From the NCBI RefSeq assembly GCF_009914755.1, contig NC_060935.1: a stretch of 64,000 nucleotides of DNA; one strand, given 5' to 3'. The translations under genes and the position numbers were made by a program. Positions within the stretch are counted from its first letter, which is position 1; each line of letters begins with the position of its first letter. A model generated the notes under the pieces. That model was given only the letters and a program-made list of their open reading frames with translations. It was not told the origin of the DNA and did no database searches. This stretch comes from the human T2T-CHM13v2.0 reference genome, Homo sapiens. Below, in pieces: positions 1-13,282 of this stretch.

Positions 1-431
1 CACTCAAGGACTCACCCCAGTCCCCACTCATTTAACATAGGCACTTTGGATGGAACTGCTTTGAAATAGTATTTTCTAATCTATGAACTGTAAAATACAT
101 ATACATCTTAAAGCTTCTATCTCCCAAAACCAAGTACCTTTTCCTGAAAGTAACATTGTTCATACTAATAGCTTCTTACATATCTTTCCAAAAAATGCAT
201 ATTTTAGCATATACATAGATGCCTTTAGTTGGAAAGAATCATATAGAATGTTAAGTCATGCTTTCTTTTACTAGTAAGTTATGAGAGAGATCACCTATAT
301 CAGCACAAACAGGTTGACCTCATTCTTTGTTAAGGTTTTGTACTCCCTACTCTGTTTTATTCTATTTTAGGGCTATATCAAGATATATTTAACACGTTCC
401 ATGTAGGAACCATGTGGTTTTATTATTTTAA

Positions 432-812
<381 letters not shown>

Positions 813-954
813 CTAACTCTTGGTGTATTTCCTTATTCTTCTGAAGTACATCTTCCAGTAGCATCCTAAGAAGGACAAAAAATTGTCTTCTATCCTCACT
901 CGTTTGGAATATCTTCATCACACCATTAAATTTGGTTGATAATGTGGCTGGATA

Positions 955-2800
955 CATTGGCAATATTAACAAGTACCCAAAGTTTACTGGCTTAAAACAA
1001 AACCATTTATTACATGATTCTGTTATTCAGCAATCTGGGCTGGTATCAGCTGGGTGGTCCCTTTGGTCTAGGCAGGTCTAGGCTCTTTTACCGTAGTCAG
1101 CTGGAGGTCAGCTGGTGGATAGAAGATTGAAATGGCCTTATTTATATGACCCAGACCTTGGTTGGGACAGCTGGCACAAGTGGACCTTCTTTCCATATTG
1201 TTCTCTAACCATGTGCAGTGAGTTACTTATGTAGTGGTGGTCACAGAGTTCCCAAATTCCACTCTTCTTGCATTATAGTGGCTAATTTACTATCAGCTGA
1301 AGCAAGTCACATGGCTAAGCCCAGAGTCAGAGAGAGGACCCTCAAAGTTACATGGCAGGGGGGCATAAATTCAAGGAGGAAAAGAATGTATGGTTGTTTT
1401 CCCAATCTATCACATGATACGGTCTGGCCACAAACATTCTATATTCTTTTATTCTACATAAAATATGTCAATCCCATTCTAGAATCCCCAAAATGCCATC
1501 CTATTGTGGCATCAACCTTGAAGTTCAAAGTCTCCTAACCTATACAATGTGTGGTGTAATTCCTTAGGAGTGGATCCTCTTGATGTACATGAACTAAAAA
1601 TTACAATTTGTCTGATCCGCACAAACCTAAGTTACAATGGTAGAAAATGGAAATCAGTATTCCTATTCCAGTGGGAGGCACATAGTATTACTGCTTCATT
1701 ATCATTCTGAAGTCTTGTAGAGCATAAGTTGACAGGTTGCCCTACACGCAGGCCTGGAAATATTCTTTGACTAGGAGTCACTTGGTTCCTACTGAGTGGC
1801 TCCTCAGTACATTGCCTCTTACCACTTCCTCTGAATGTTTCTCTAGTCCATTCTTCTCCACATCTCTTGACTCTGAACTGTGGGCTTTTTGTCCTCTGAG
1901 AAGTCCTTTCTTCTCCATAAAAAATAGATACCATTTGCATCTGTGTTACTTTCTTATCCTGTTTCCTTACAATTAAAATTTGAAGGTCTGAAGGCCTTTT
2001 GCAATTTAAGCAATCTCAGTTACTTTTAATTCAATATGGTGCTGATACACCTCTCTTTAAAACGTTGTGAACTTCCTATGTTTTCTACATCTGCTCTATG
2101 TCCCAAAGCCACATCTGTCCTTCTTTTTGTGACATGCTCTTTGTGCTTTTGGCATTTCAGGAGGCTGCAAGACAATACCCTTCATATTCTTAGAAGTCTT
2201 CTCATCTGGCTGAGAAGGTCTTTTGAACATAATCTTAAATATCTCAAAGATAATAATAAATGACTTTATAGCCACATCTTATTTGATCTTTGTTGCCAGG
2301 CCTCATTTCATTTAGAGAATCTTTTTGTAACTAAATGATTGGTGAAAATAAACATTTTTTTCCAATCCAGCAAGTCCTGTTCTCTATTTCCTGTAATAAA
2401 TTCTGACTACAAACTAAGCAGTTTCTTCTTTAGTTCAGCTCCCTATTCTTGTACTTGATCATAAGCAATGAAAAGAAGCAATGACACTTTTAAATTTTTG
2501 CCTTTGCAAAGTCCAAACTTTTATTAAGTACATTTTCTACCTTTCAAATCAACGTTCTTTCAGTTTGTTATAAAAGACCACAGTAACGATTTCCTCACAC
2601 ATGTACAGCCTCTGGGATAGTCTGATCACTATTTTTCCATACTTTGCTGTGTCACTACACTGCATTTCCAGTCTCTACCCATCCACCCAATCAAAAAGTC
2701 AATGCAGTATGTTTTAACTTTTCTTATGGCAACACTTCATTTCTAGTTTCCATTTCTGTATGATTTATCTCTATTATGCAGAAAGCTACTTTAAACTATG
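955..2800. mobile_element. Old MaLR (MLT1-type) LTR and internal fragments
   Basis: Degenerate MLT1-like motifs (ggcttaaaacaa...catttatta, gcaagtcacatggctaagcccagagtca) followed by MaLR-internal-like sequence. Confidence 0.5.
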
Positions 2801-2820
2801 GCATTAAACAACAACCATTG

Positions 2821-3137
2821 GGCTGGGCATGATAGCTCAATACTGGGATACCTGTAATCCTAGTACTTTGGGAGGACAAGGCAGGCGGATCACTTGGGGC
2901 CAGGAGTTCGAGACCAGTCTGACTAACATAGTGAAACCCTGTCTCTACTGAAAATACAAAAATTAGCCAGGGGTGTTCGTGCATGCCTGTACTCTCAGCT
3001 ACTTGGGTGACTGAGACAGGACAATCACTTAAACCCAGGAGGCAGAGTTTGCAGTGAGCCAAGATCTGCACCCCAGCCTGGGCAACAGAGGGAGACTCTG
3101 CCTCAAACAAAAACAAAAACACAACACAACAAAAAAC
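2821..3137 (+). mobile_element. AluS-like SINE
   Basis: Dimer with AAAC-type tail; ~9-nt insertion near the 5' end and a small right-arm deletion. Confidence 0.93.
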
Positions 3138-3411
3138 AATCATAGTATAGCTCAAAATTCTTTGAGTCGGCTGCACAACTTAGTCTAGGGTATCCTAGTG
3201 GGTTTTCACATGCATTGCAGATTATGAGCTTCATGAAGAGAGAAATTATGCTTGACATCATTGAACATCCAGTTTACAATATGCTGTATTGAACATATCA
3301 CATGCTCATTGAATGTTTTCTGAATGAAGAAATAAAAGAAAATTTATTTGTCATAGTAGATAAGAGGGTAATTTTGAGTAGAAAGGTGTTTGTTCTTTTA
3401 AATAGCATATA

Positions 3412-3548
3412 CCAGGGGATCAAAACTCAAAACTCAAATGCCTGAAGGAAACTGGTAATTAATAAAAATGAGTGACTCAAAATAGGTCTAAGACAAACAA
3501 AACAAATCTATAGGGAGAGATGGTTCACAGGTCACTAGTTTGAACTAA
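3412..3548 (+). mobile_element. Internally deleted hAT-Charlie MITE (MER102-like)
   Basis: caggggatcaaaactcaaatgcctg... start and ...cactagtttgaac end resemble hAT termini. Confidence 0.4.
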
Positions 3549-3744
3549 CAGATAAACCTTAAGCTGCTAATGTTAGTCCATGGTTCAAATATTTAGCCCC
3601 AATTCAAAGATCTTCTAGTACATCATAAAGATTTTCATTTTTGCATTTTCACAAAAGAGGATAATTTAGGAACAACTTTCTCTGGATACAAAGAATTATA
3701 AAACCAACAGCAACATCTAATATTAGAAATAATTTGCTTTGTTT

Positions 3745-3900
3745 CAGTTACCATGCTAGTAGTCCCTCATTTAATCTTACGAAGTAGGTAATATAGTTTT
3801 TGGCACTTTCAGATGAGGAAACTGAGTTAAATAACTTGGCCAAAATGTGGTTATCAGTACTGAAATTTAAAGCCAGATTTAGCCAAGTACAGAATTGAAG
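3745..3900 (-). mobile_element. MIR
   Basis: Core motif cagatgaggaaactgag...taacttggccaa. Confidence 0.75.
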
Positions 3901-5149
3901 CTGTAAAAAAAAAAAAAAAAAAAAGATCCCAACTCTCAACTCCTAGTAGATATCTTTCCTACTTTCTAATCCAAACCTGCACAGGAAATATGTAATTTTT
4001 AGATAGAGGACTCAGACATGTCATGATTCTTATAGTCTCACAATATAAGGAGAATGATGGCCTGTTTTATAAGTAGATTTTTAAGGATGTTTTTGAATTA
4101 CATAAAATGTTTTAATAATGTGAGTGATTTTGAGTGAATAAACACTAAGAATAGATTTTTTTTATTTATAAGTGAATCCAGATCTTTGAAATAATTCGGT
4201 AACATATAAAATGTCAATTGTTTTGAATACATAGTTACAGACTTTTTATTGATCAGATTTTTCTCCTGCTTTCTGTTTTTCTAAGAAATTAGCTGAACAG
4301 CCTATCAGTTGCTCTTTTTCTGAGGTATAATAAAAAATTACTTTCATGGAAGTCTACAAAACATTTCCTTCTGCACCTATGATACTTTAAATGGAAGTCA
4401 ATGTTCAAATTGATGACCCTCGGCAATACAAAATTGCTATCATCAAAGATTCAATGACACCACCACACTTACCAAATCAACCTCCAATCAGAAAAAAAAA
4501 ATCTAATAAAAATACCTCATAACCTGAAAAATGCAAATACATTATTGGGCACTTAATAAGAGGATTACAAAAATAACGGCAAACCCTGGAGATGGATAGA
4601 GAGCAAAGTCATGGATCTGGAACCCAAACTCAACAATGGAAAGTCAACACTGGGTATGGTGGAATGTTCATTGCCTTGGCCAGAAATATTGGCAGGAAAA
4701 ATAATGACTGTTATGAGAAAAGCATAACCCTGGGAGAGAATTTTCCAAGGGCTTATGCCAAGGTCTATAATGTTGCTATTATTTTCTATATAAATATATG
4801 TTCTGTAAAATGGACCTAGGGTGATTTGATATGAAGACCCGATTCATTAGCTATATCCAATAAATAACAGCTGTGACATGAACTCTCGCAGAGCATCTAA
4901 TCATGAATCACATTTTACTTGTAACATTGGCTCTAACTAGAAGTGTCAAGTTATTAGTTTTGAGATTTTATAGACTAGTTTAAGTAGATTCAATAAGCTG
5001 AAGGATATATGGTGGTATTGAAACACCCTGATGGAATTTTCCACTGAGGCCTAACTGAAGATAATCCCAGGAACTACATATTATAATTCATGTATTGGGG
5101 CATATGTATATGTTTTGAGAGAGAAAGAGAGAGCATTTGGCTAAGGATT

Positions 5150-5450
5150 TATTTATTCATTCAGTTAAGGAATATTTATTGAATTACTAGTTTTAAGCCC
5201 TGGAGAGACAAATGGAGAATAAGAAAGACAAGCTGTCTCTGTTCTTGGGGAGATAACATCCTAGTGGAAGGAGTTAGGAGACATTCAACTAAAGCAATAA
5301 ATGAATAATTGCTTATGTGTTAAGTGAAAAACAAAACAAAACAGAATAATGTGATAGAAAGGAACTGCTCAAGGGCTATGGGTATCTGATTTCCAGAAAC
5401 GCCAGTTAAGGTGAAGACAGGGCTGAGACCAAATGTCAAGAAAGAGCCAG
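5150..5450 (-). mobile_element. L2 3' fragment
   Basis: ttcattcag...atatttattga...agacaag...ctctgttct...tagtgg pattern. Confidence 0.6.
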
Positions 5451-5453
5451 ACA

Positions 5454-5750
5454 ATGGGTACAAAATGTAGTTACATAGAATTAATAACATCTAGTATTGG
5501 AAGGCACAACAGTGTGACTATAGTCAACATTAATTATTGCGCACTTTAAAATAACTAAAACTATAATTGAATTGTTTGTAACATAAAGGATAAATGCTTG
5601 AGTTGATAGATATTCCATTTACCCTGATATGATAATTACACATTGTATGCCTGTAACAAAATATCTTATGAACCCCATAAACATATACACCTACTATGTA
5701 CCCATAAATATTAAAAGTTACAAGTTATTAAAAAATATTTTGAAAGTAGA
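5454..5750 (+). mobile_element. L1MA-type 3' end
   Basis: gactatagtcaac...ccccataaacatatacacctactatgtaccc; flanking direct repeat aagaaagagc at 5438 and 5752. Confidence 0.85.
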
Positions 5751-8700
5751 AAAGAAAGAGCTGGCCATGCCAAAAGCTGGCTGCATAAAGTATGCTTACT
5801 TCCTTTTGATCCACCCATGGTTTTGTGTTCGCCTTTTACGTACTTTTTTTCCATGTAACCAGTCTGATTCCCTAGGTCTGAATCTTGAAACCTCATACAC
5901 AATCCATGGGTAACTACCTGACTGTGTGAGTTGATAATATTTAAGTTACATTATTTTGGAAGTAAGATGCCTTGGCTTAGCATTGTATTAAGCGTATAAT
6001 GAATATAAAGTTATAGAAAATATGGAATAGGTTCTCTAAGAGGTTGAGGAATGACAGATTGACTTGTATAGCTATAAGAGCACTTTAATTTTTCAAACAG
6101 AAAATTAATGTCATTTTATCCAAGGGGAACCAAATGAGTTGTAAATCCATTGTTTTACTTCCTTAAATAGCCTGTGTATGGTACAAAAAATTTTTAATCA
6201 GAAGAAAAATTAAATCTTAATGGGAAAAAATGAGAATATTAATACTTTTATTAATGCATTTGATTTTGTTATTCAGAGCTACATTATATATTTCTGAATT
6301 GTAAAGTAAGGTTTTGATCAGCCTAATATTGTATCTTCTTAGCTGACAAAACAGATGCATGGTTCAGATTTGTGTTTCAAAATATTTCTCTGAATTATCC
6401 AACCTTGCCAGTCATTAGTAAAATTGAAATTCCTGCCCAAATAGTTATTAGAGAAATAATTAAATCAAGAAAAATTAGGATGTTCTAAAATTCCCAGAAC
6501 TTATCATGGAAAGTATAATGAATAGAAGGTACTTTTATTAATTATTCATAAGTTTTTCCATAATGACTAAGGAAGCAGTATACTTAGAAATTGAAATATT
6601 TTCTATTCTTAGTTTCTATGACTTTGTCATCGACTTTTTCTGCAGCTTTCATTTTTGTACTGAAAGTTCTCCTCCTACTTATTTGCCAGGTGTATGAAAT
6701 TGAGCTTAGTAATTTGACATCCTAACTTCGTTTATAATAAATAAGAAAATAAGAAACATGAAATTTTGTAATCATTAAGCCATTCTTGGTTTTGTAGCAG
6801 GGTTCTTTGAAACTAGAGTGGAGTGTGTCCTATTCTCTATATTCACTCATTCCACATCTTTTTCAGCTTTCTTTTATAGTGCTTTCAGTAGACAGAGTTT
6901 GCAAAGGTAAAAATGAAATTTCTCAGACTTCCTTACAGCCAGAGTTCTAGATGTAATATTAGTTCTGCCAGTCAAGTGAACCCTGAAAGATAGTAAAGAC
7001 CTGAGGCATTCATTTTACTGTTGAAGACCCAGCCAGTGGATTATGGATCTGAAGCCAACATTTCTTGCAGGTTCTTCTTGACTTCCATAATACTGATAAG
7101 CAATAAATTTCCTAGAGACAATGATGTGGTACTCATAACAGCTTTCCGATTGGATTATGAATAAGATAATATAATACTAGAGCCAGTAATTAGTATGTCA
7201 TGTTCTGGTTCCTCAGCTTCCTGATTGTAGAAGACAGCCACCACTTCATAAGCTAGTTTTCCAGTTTATTCTTGGAGTCTTTCCTAGAGCACCAAGGCTG
7301 AAGCTTGGCTCCTCCAGCCTTTCTAGTGATTTTACAAGTACCCAACAGGCTGTATCAAATCTCTTTCTGTTCAAAGACCAGCTAGAGTTAAGTTTCTAAT
7401 TTGGGCTAAGATGAAAGATGGAAGTGCTAATTTAACTTGTTACTTCCAACAAAATTCAATATTCCTGAACTTTTTACGGATGAAAGCAGAGATTAAATGC
7501 CCAAACTGGTAGATGTTTATTATTTTAAGTGTAGAAAAAATATTTTCATTAAATTATTTTTTCCTTTTCTGCTATTAAATTGTGAGAAAGATCACTTTAT
7601 AAGTCTCTCAGTTAAATTCCTATTCAATATCTTCAACTCAGTCCTAAATTTTGGTGGAGTTGTTCAAATTTCAGACTGACATGTCAAAAATTCTACTTGA
7701 AAAAATGTGTTGTAGACTTTGTGTAAGGAAGGCGCTCTCAGCTCTCCTCTCATATCAGAAAAAATTTGTCTTTCCAAAGGGAAATATATACACACAGATA
7801 TTTGAATATCTAGACTACAGACACAAGTTGGGCCTTATTTACTACTTACTGGCACCCATGTGCATGCTATACTACTGTATGGATAAACTAAGTCTTTCTT
7901 TAGAGCAGACCCAACCATCTCATTCTTTGCTTCTCATTTCTTCCCTGCATGCTGTGGTACTGGTAAGTGTTCAATGTGAGCTAAAATGAAAGATGGGGAC
8001 TTTATATAGATCTCAAATCTAAGCTGAGTTCCCAACAGAGCTTTATCAGAATACCACAATTATACCAGGCACTGGACAAGCTAATTAAAACAATACCTAT
8101 ATTGCTATTGTTTGAATGTGCAGTTTTCTGTGGAACTTCTTGGAACATAGACAAGGAAATATTTAGTTGTTCTTGAGTTCCTGATGATCATATCACCAAA
8201 CACTTAACCTTGGGTCCTAGACTGAGGAGTGGGGAATAGAGGTTTTTTTCATCGCTCCATTAGTAATCTGGAAGTTATATGGATATCTGGCAGCTCAAAA
8301 CTTGGACTACAAAATGGAAAGTAATGGTCTTGCTGTGCCAAGATATATATATTCCTGCTTAACATGATAATATTTGCATGAATCCTTGACCTAGTTGGTT
8401 AAAGATAGTTTTAGAAGTGTCAGGTATTCTATTTAAATCACAAGGGAGTTAGCAAAACAAGTACAGAAATAACTAAGACTCCATCACTTCTTAAAAAAAA
8501 GAAATGTTCTATTGAGTTCCTATTATTTTTAATACTATTTTCCATTTGAAATGGATATTGAGTTTTCATTTTAAGCTGGTATATCAAGGTGAAAACAAGC
8601 TTCCCCACTGCTTAATAAACTATGGTGCATACCTGGTCAGCCAAGTACATTTTTATCAATTATAAACAAAATAAAACAGAATGCTCTTCTGTCTCACATT

Positions 8701-9097
8701 GTAAACAAATGCTAAAATGCTAAATTCTTCTTAAAAACATGAGTAATTTTGGTCTACAATCCAAGGTCAGATGCTGTTTTAAAATATGTTATAAATACAC
8801 ATATATATATACACACATGCACAACAAGATTCAACTTTCCTAGATAGGAGACCTCTTCATCGACTATGTGACTGATTGCATACTTTACAATAGTTTGTAC
8901 AATGACAATTGAGAATTTCGGCCTATTTCATTTGGTTGACTCATTTGGATTCTAACTCAGCTATAAACACTTTAAAAGTGGGTATCAATTTTATTCCTCA
9001 TACTTAATTCAAAGTTTGCCCAGAGTAAATTTCAGTAAAATTTTGTGGAATGAACTGTCAACTTAATTTCTATCTAGGTCAATGGCTTAATTGACCT

Positions 9098-9258
9098 AGT
9101 GCCTCTCAAACTAATGTAAATATGATTGCCTGAGGAGTTTGTTAAAATTCAGATTCTAATTCAGGAGATCTAGAGTGAAGTCCAAAATTCTGCAATTCTA
9201 ATCAATTCCCAGAAGATTTAAATGCTACTAACACTGGGACCATATTTTCAGAAACAAA
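9098..9258. mobile_element. MER5A-like hAT DNA element
   Basis: ctctcaaact...ttgttaaaattcagattct...aattctgcaattctaa...gggaccatatttt pattern. Confidence 0.7.
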
Positions 9259-9299
9259 AGTCTCACTTGCTCCTAAGAGTCTTATTTCTGTGAGCCAAT

Positions 9300-9552
9300 G
9301 CCACATAGTGGTTAAGACAATGAATTAGATGAATTAGGGTCAGAGAAACATTAGCTCAAATTCTATCTCCTATATTTGTTAGTTGAGTAAACACAAGAAA
9401 AAATAATCTTTCTGTGCTTTAATTTCTTTACATATAAAATGCTGACAACAGTAGCATATTTCATATAGGTGTCATGATATTTAAATGAAGTATTATAGAA
9501 AAATACTGGCAGAGTGCCTTGTATATGGCAAGCACTCAGTAAATGGTAGCTA
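9300..9552 (+). mobile_element. MIR
   Basis: tagtggttaaga...tctgtgctttaatttctttacatataaaat...agcactcagtaaatggtagcta. Confidence 0.7.
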
Positions 9553-11389
9553 TGTATTCTCCTATTTTTTCTTCTTCCAATGCCTGAGATTATACTTTCA
9601 AATAACTCTTTGTAGGCTAAGTGAGTTTAAACCTCAAGTTGAATCTTGCCATGTTGAATTCTCTCATGCCCCTTCAGAAATTGATGGCAAATGCAGGAAG
9701 CCAAGAGTTGTAAGGTAGGACTGAGAAAGCAAAACTAATGAAAAACAAGGAGAGACACCAGATAGGAATGTGGGGGTTATTATTGAAAAAGGCAATTTTT
9801 ACAGTAAGATAAAGAACTTAAAAAGGGCTAAAGAAAAGCACATAAAGAGCCAATGTATTTGATGGGGAAACTTGAAAACCTGCAGAAAATATAAAATGAT
9901 ATTCAAAATGCTTTTGGTTGCCATGTCTTAGGTCACCTTGCCTAGAAGACAGGCCTTGAGACAGAGATGCATAGTGGTTTAATAAGGAAGCGGTTTAATA
10001 ATAAGTGGTTTAATAAGGAACTTCTCTTGAGGAAACCAGCAAGAGCATGTGAGCAGCTGAGTAGAGAAAGGGAGAAATCCCAGCCAGGGTGAGCTTTCCA
10101 GCAAAGTATCACAGAGGGAAACTTTAACAGAACATTCAGGGAATCCCTGGAGTGTAAGTTTTCCTTCAATTTGTCCTGATTTGAGGAAAGGGAGCTGAAG
10201 TTTTCTTCACTGGTTACAAGCACCCCAGAGAATTGGGGAAGACATAAATTGAAAACCCTACACACTTCTAGTTCTTCACAGGTGCTGGCAAAGCAGTTCT
10301 CAGTACCTGAAAGCAATCTCGCAAAAAGAGTCACAGGTCTTCAAGGTTTAAACCAAACCCTACAGAAAGAAAGGAGACTTAATGACATAAAAATGAAAGA
10401 TTCTAGATTACTAAATATCACATTACAAGAGAAAATTTATTGTTTACATTTCCCAGGACAACTGTTAACAAAGAAAGTAATTATTTGTCTGTGACTCTTT
10501 CCATGCCTACAGCTTCTTATTGTGAGATACTGCATGGAAATGTTGATGTTTCTGGCAAGTCAGGCTTATTTTTCAACATGAGCTCTTTCTTTGATTTTAT
10601 TTCTGATTTTTTTTTTAACTTACTCTTCAGCAGCAGAGCCAGGGAAAGCAAGCAAGATGACGGAAGTGTTAGTAAGCACTACCAGCATAAATAGAAATTG
10701 GAATGAAGGCCAGATATAACCAAGTTGCTTATAACTTAGTGTTGTAGATGAGAGAGAAGAACGTCCAAAAACCATATGCCACAATAAACAAAGTATTATA
10801 CTAAAAATATGGTTAACCCATATGACTTTAAAAAATTGTTTGCCCTTTTGTTTGCATTCCCACTTTCTGAAATGAATAAGCCATCATGAAAGATGTAGAA
10901 CTAAATCAATACTATAAGTAATGATGTCCAAAATAGCTATGCAAATTTGTGTTTCATAACTTGACTGCCAGAAATTTAGAGGCTGAACATGGGAAGAAGT
11001 GTCTTAGGGTAAAAATAAACTAAAATGTTCTGTTAATTCAAGAACTCAAATCTAGTTCCATATTTCACATTGCACACAAATTGAATCTAAAGAGAAAAAC
11101 TAAAAATACTTGAATATATTTTCTGTGCTTGTTACTAAAAATACTGAAATTGGAAGAAAGGGGGGATTGCCTTTTCCAGGAATGAGAAATATAGAACATT
11201 TTATTCTGAAATGTTAGAAGTTTAGTTATATGAGGCAAGATTTAAATTAACCCTTAAATAGCTGAAGCTTAATAAACCAGCACCAAAATATATGTGTATA
11301 ATTAGTTTTCTCAAATAAAATACTTTATATAGAGTAGGGCAAAATAATTAATTATAAATAATGACTGGCAGAAGTAACTGACTCTTTTT

Positions 11390-11895
11390 TAGAGCTCTTT
11401 AAGTACTTTAGAAACAAAAGGTACTTCAAAATAGCACCAAAATCTTAAAATAGCTGGGAAAAAATTTAACAAGAAATGTTCAGAAACTATAAAGAATAAA
11501 TAACATAACATAAAGGACAAAATAAATACACAACACAAAGAAGATAAAAATCTCTGAATAAAAGGAGAGAGAGAAAATTTTCCTAGATGGGAAGACTTAC
11601 AAATTTTAAAAATGCCACAAACTAAGATAAAAATTCAACAACATCCAATGAGAAAGCCATTACAATTTTAGATGGAATTTCATATGCAAATTCTAAAGTC
11701 CACCTGGAGTCGAAAAATAGATAGAGTAACTAAAAAGTGTCTGGTAAAAAATAGTGCAAGGAATATTTTCTTACTAGGTATCAAGTCACATTATAAGCAT
11801 ACAAAAATGAAAACAGAATGGTTTTAGTGAAGAAATAGTCAAACAGAAGGAAGAGTCTAGAAACATTTGGATGTGAATTTTAGTATTTAAAAAGT
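11390..11895 (+). mobile_element. Highly decayed L1M ORF2 fragment
   Basis: Degenerate similarity to L1 ORF2 (aaatttaacaagaaatgttcagaa...ttctaaagtccacctgga). Confidence 0.55.
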
Positions 11896-11898
11896 TAG

Positions 11899-12201
11899 TC
11901 CTTAGCAAACAACCCAGGAACAGAAGACCAAATACCGTATGTTCTCACTTATAAGTGGAAACTAAATAATGTGAACCCATGGAGAGAAAGAGGGGAACAA
12001 CAAAAACTGGGGCCTACTTGAGGGAGGAGGCAATGAGGAAGGAGAGAATCAAAAAAAAAGAACCAAATAGTTAGGTAATATGCTTAGTACCTGGGTGACA
12101 AAATAATCTGTACACCAAATCCCTGAGTCACAAATTTACCTATATAACAAACTTGTACATGTACCCCTCAACCTAAAATAAAAGCTAAAATGTTAAAAAA
12201 A
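11899..12201 (+). mobile_element. L1PA15/16-like 3' end
   Basis: atgttctcacttataagtgg...gtacatgtacccctcaacctaaaataaaag; flanking aagttag repeat at 11892 and 12203. Confidence 0.85.
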
Positions 12202-12324
12202 GAAGTTAGCTTTGCAATCCAGTGGAAAACTATTTAATATCTCCATTTGTACCCACTACAGCCAAAAATAAATCCCAGGTGGATTGAAGATAAACTTAAA
12301 TAAATTAAATATAAATTAAATATA

Positions 12325-13282
12325 AGATGAGTGGATAAAGAAAATGTGGTATGTATTCACCAAGGAATACTATTCAGCCTTTAAAATCAGGGCAATTTCA
12401 TTATTTGCTATGACATGGATGAACTTGGAGGACATTGTGTTAAGTGAAATAACCCAGGAACAGAAAGACAAACACTGCATGACCTCCCTTATATATGGTA
12501 TGTGAAAAAGTTGAAATAGTAGAAACAGATAGTAAAATGGCTGGGGCATGGGGGATTAAGGAAATGTTGGTCAACAAACACAAAATTTCAGTTAGGACAA
12601 ATAAGTTCAAGATATCTGTTGTACATTATGCTAACTATAGTAAAAAACGATACATTGTATATTTGACAATTGCTAAGCAAGTAGATTGTAAGTGTTCCCA
12701 CCACAAAACAATGATAAGTATGTGAAGTAATGCATATATTAAGTAGCTTGATTTAGCCATTCCACAATGTATACCTGTGTCAAAACATCCCGTTGTACAG
12801 TGATATAGTTAGAATGTTTTGATCCACGTCCCCCCCACCCCGCCAAATCTCATGTAGAAATGTGACCTTGTGGTGGAGGTGGGGCCTAGAGGGAGGTGTC
12901 CGGGTCACGGGGGCAGATCCCTTATGAATGGCTTGGTGCAGTCCTTGCAGTAATGAGTGAGTTCTTGCTCTGAGTTCACACGAGTTCTGGTTGTTTACAA
13001 GAGCCTGGCAACTCCTGCCTCTTTCTCTTGCTCCCTCTCTCACCACGTGACCTGCTGGCTTCCCTTCGCCGTCCATCACGATTGTAAGCTTCCTTAGGCC
13101 CTCACCAGAAGCAGATGCCAACACTATGCTTTGTGTATAACACACAGAACTCTGAGCAAAATAAACCTCTTTTCTTTATAAATTACAAACCCTCGGGTAT
13201 TCCTTTATAGCAATACAAATGGATGAACACGTATACTATCAATATATATGATTTTTAGTTGTCAAATAAAAATAATAAAATG
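12325..13282 (+). mobile_element. L1MA 3' end interrupted by an MST LTR
   Basis: gatgagtggataaagaaaatgtggt...gcttgatttagccattccacaatg; resumes after 13230 to an aataaa/A-rich end. Confidence 0.85.
12801..13230 (+). mobile_element. MSTB-like solo LTR (MaLR)
   Basis: tgatatagtt...caaatctcatg...aataaacctcttttctttataaattac...tttatagcaatacaaatgga. Confidence 0.88.
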
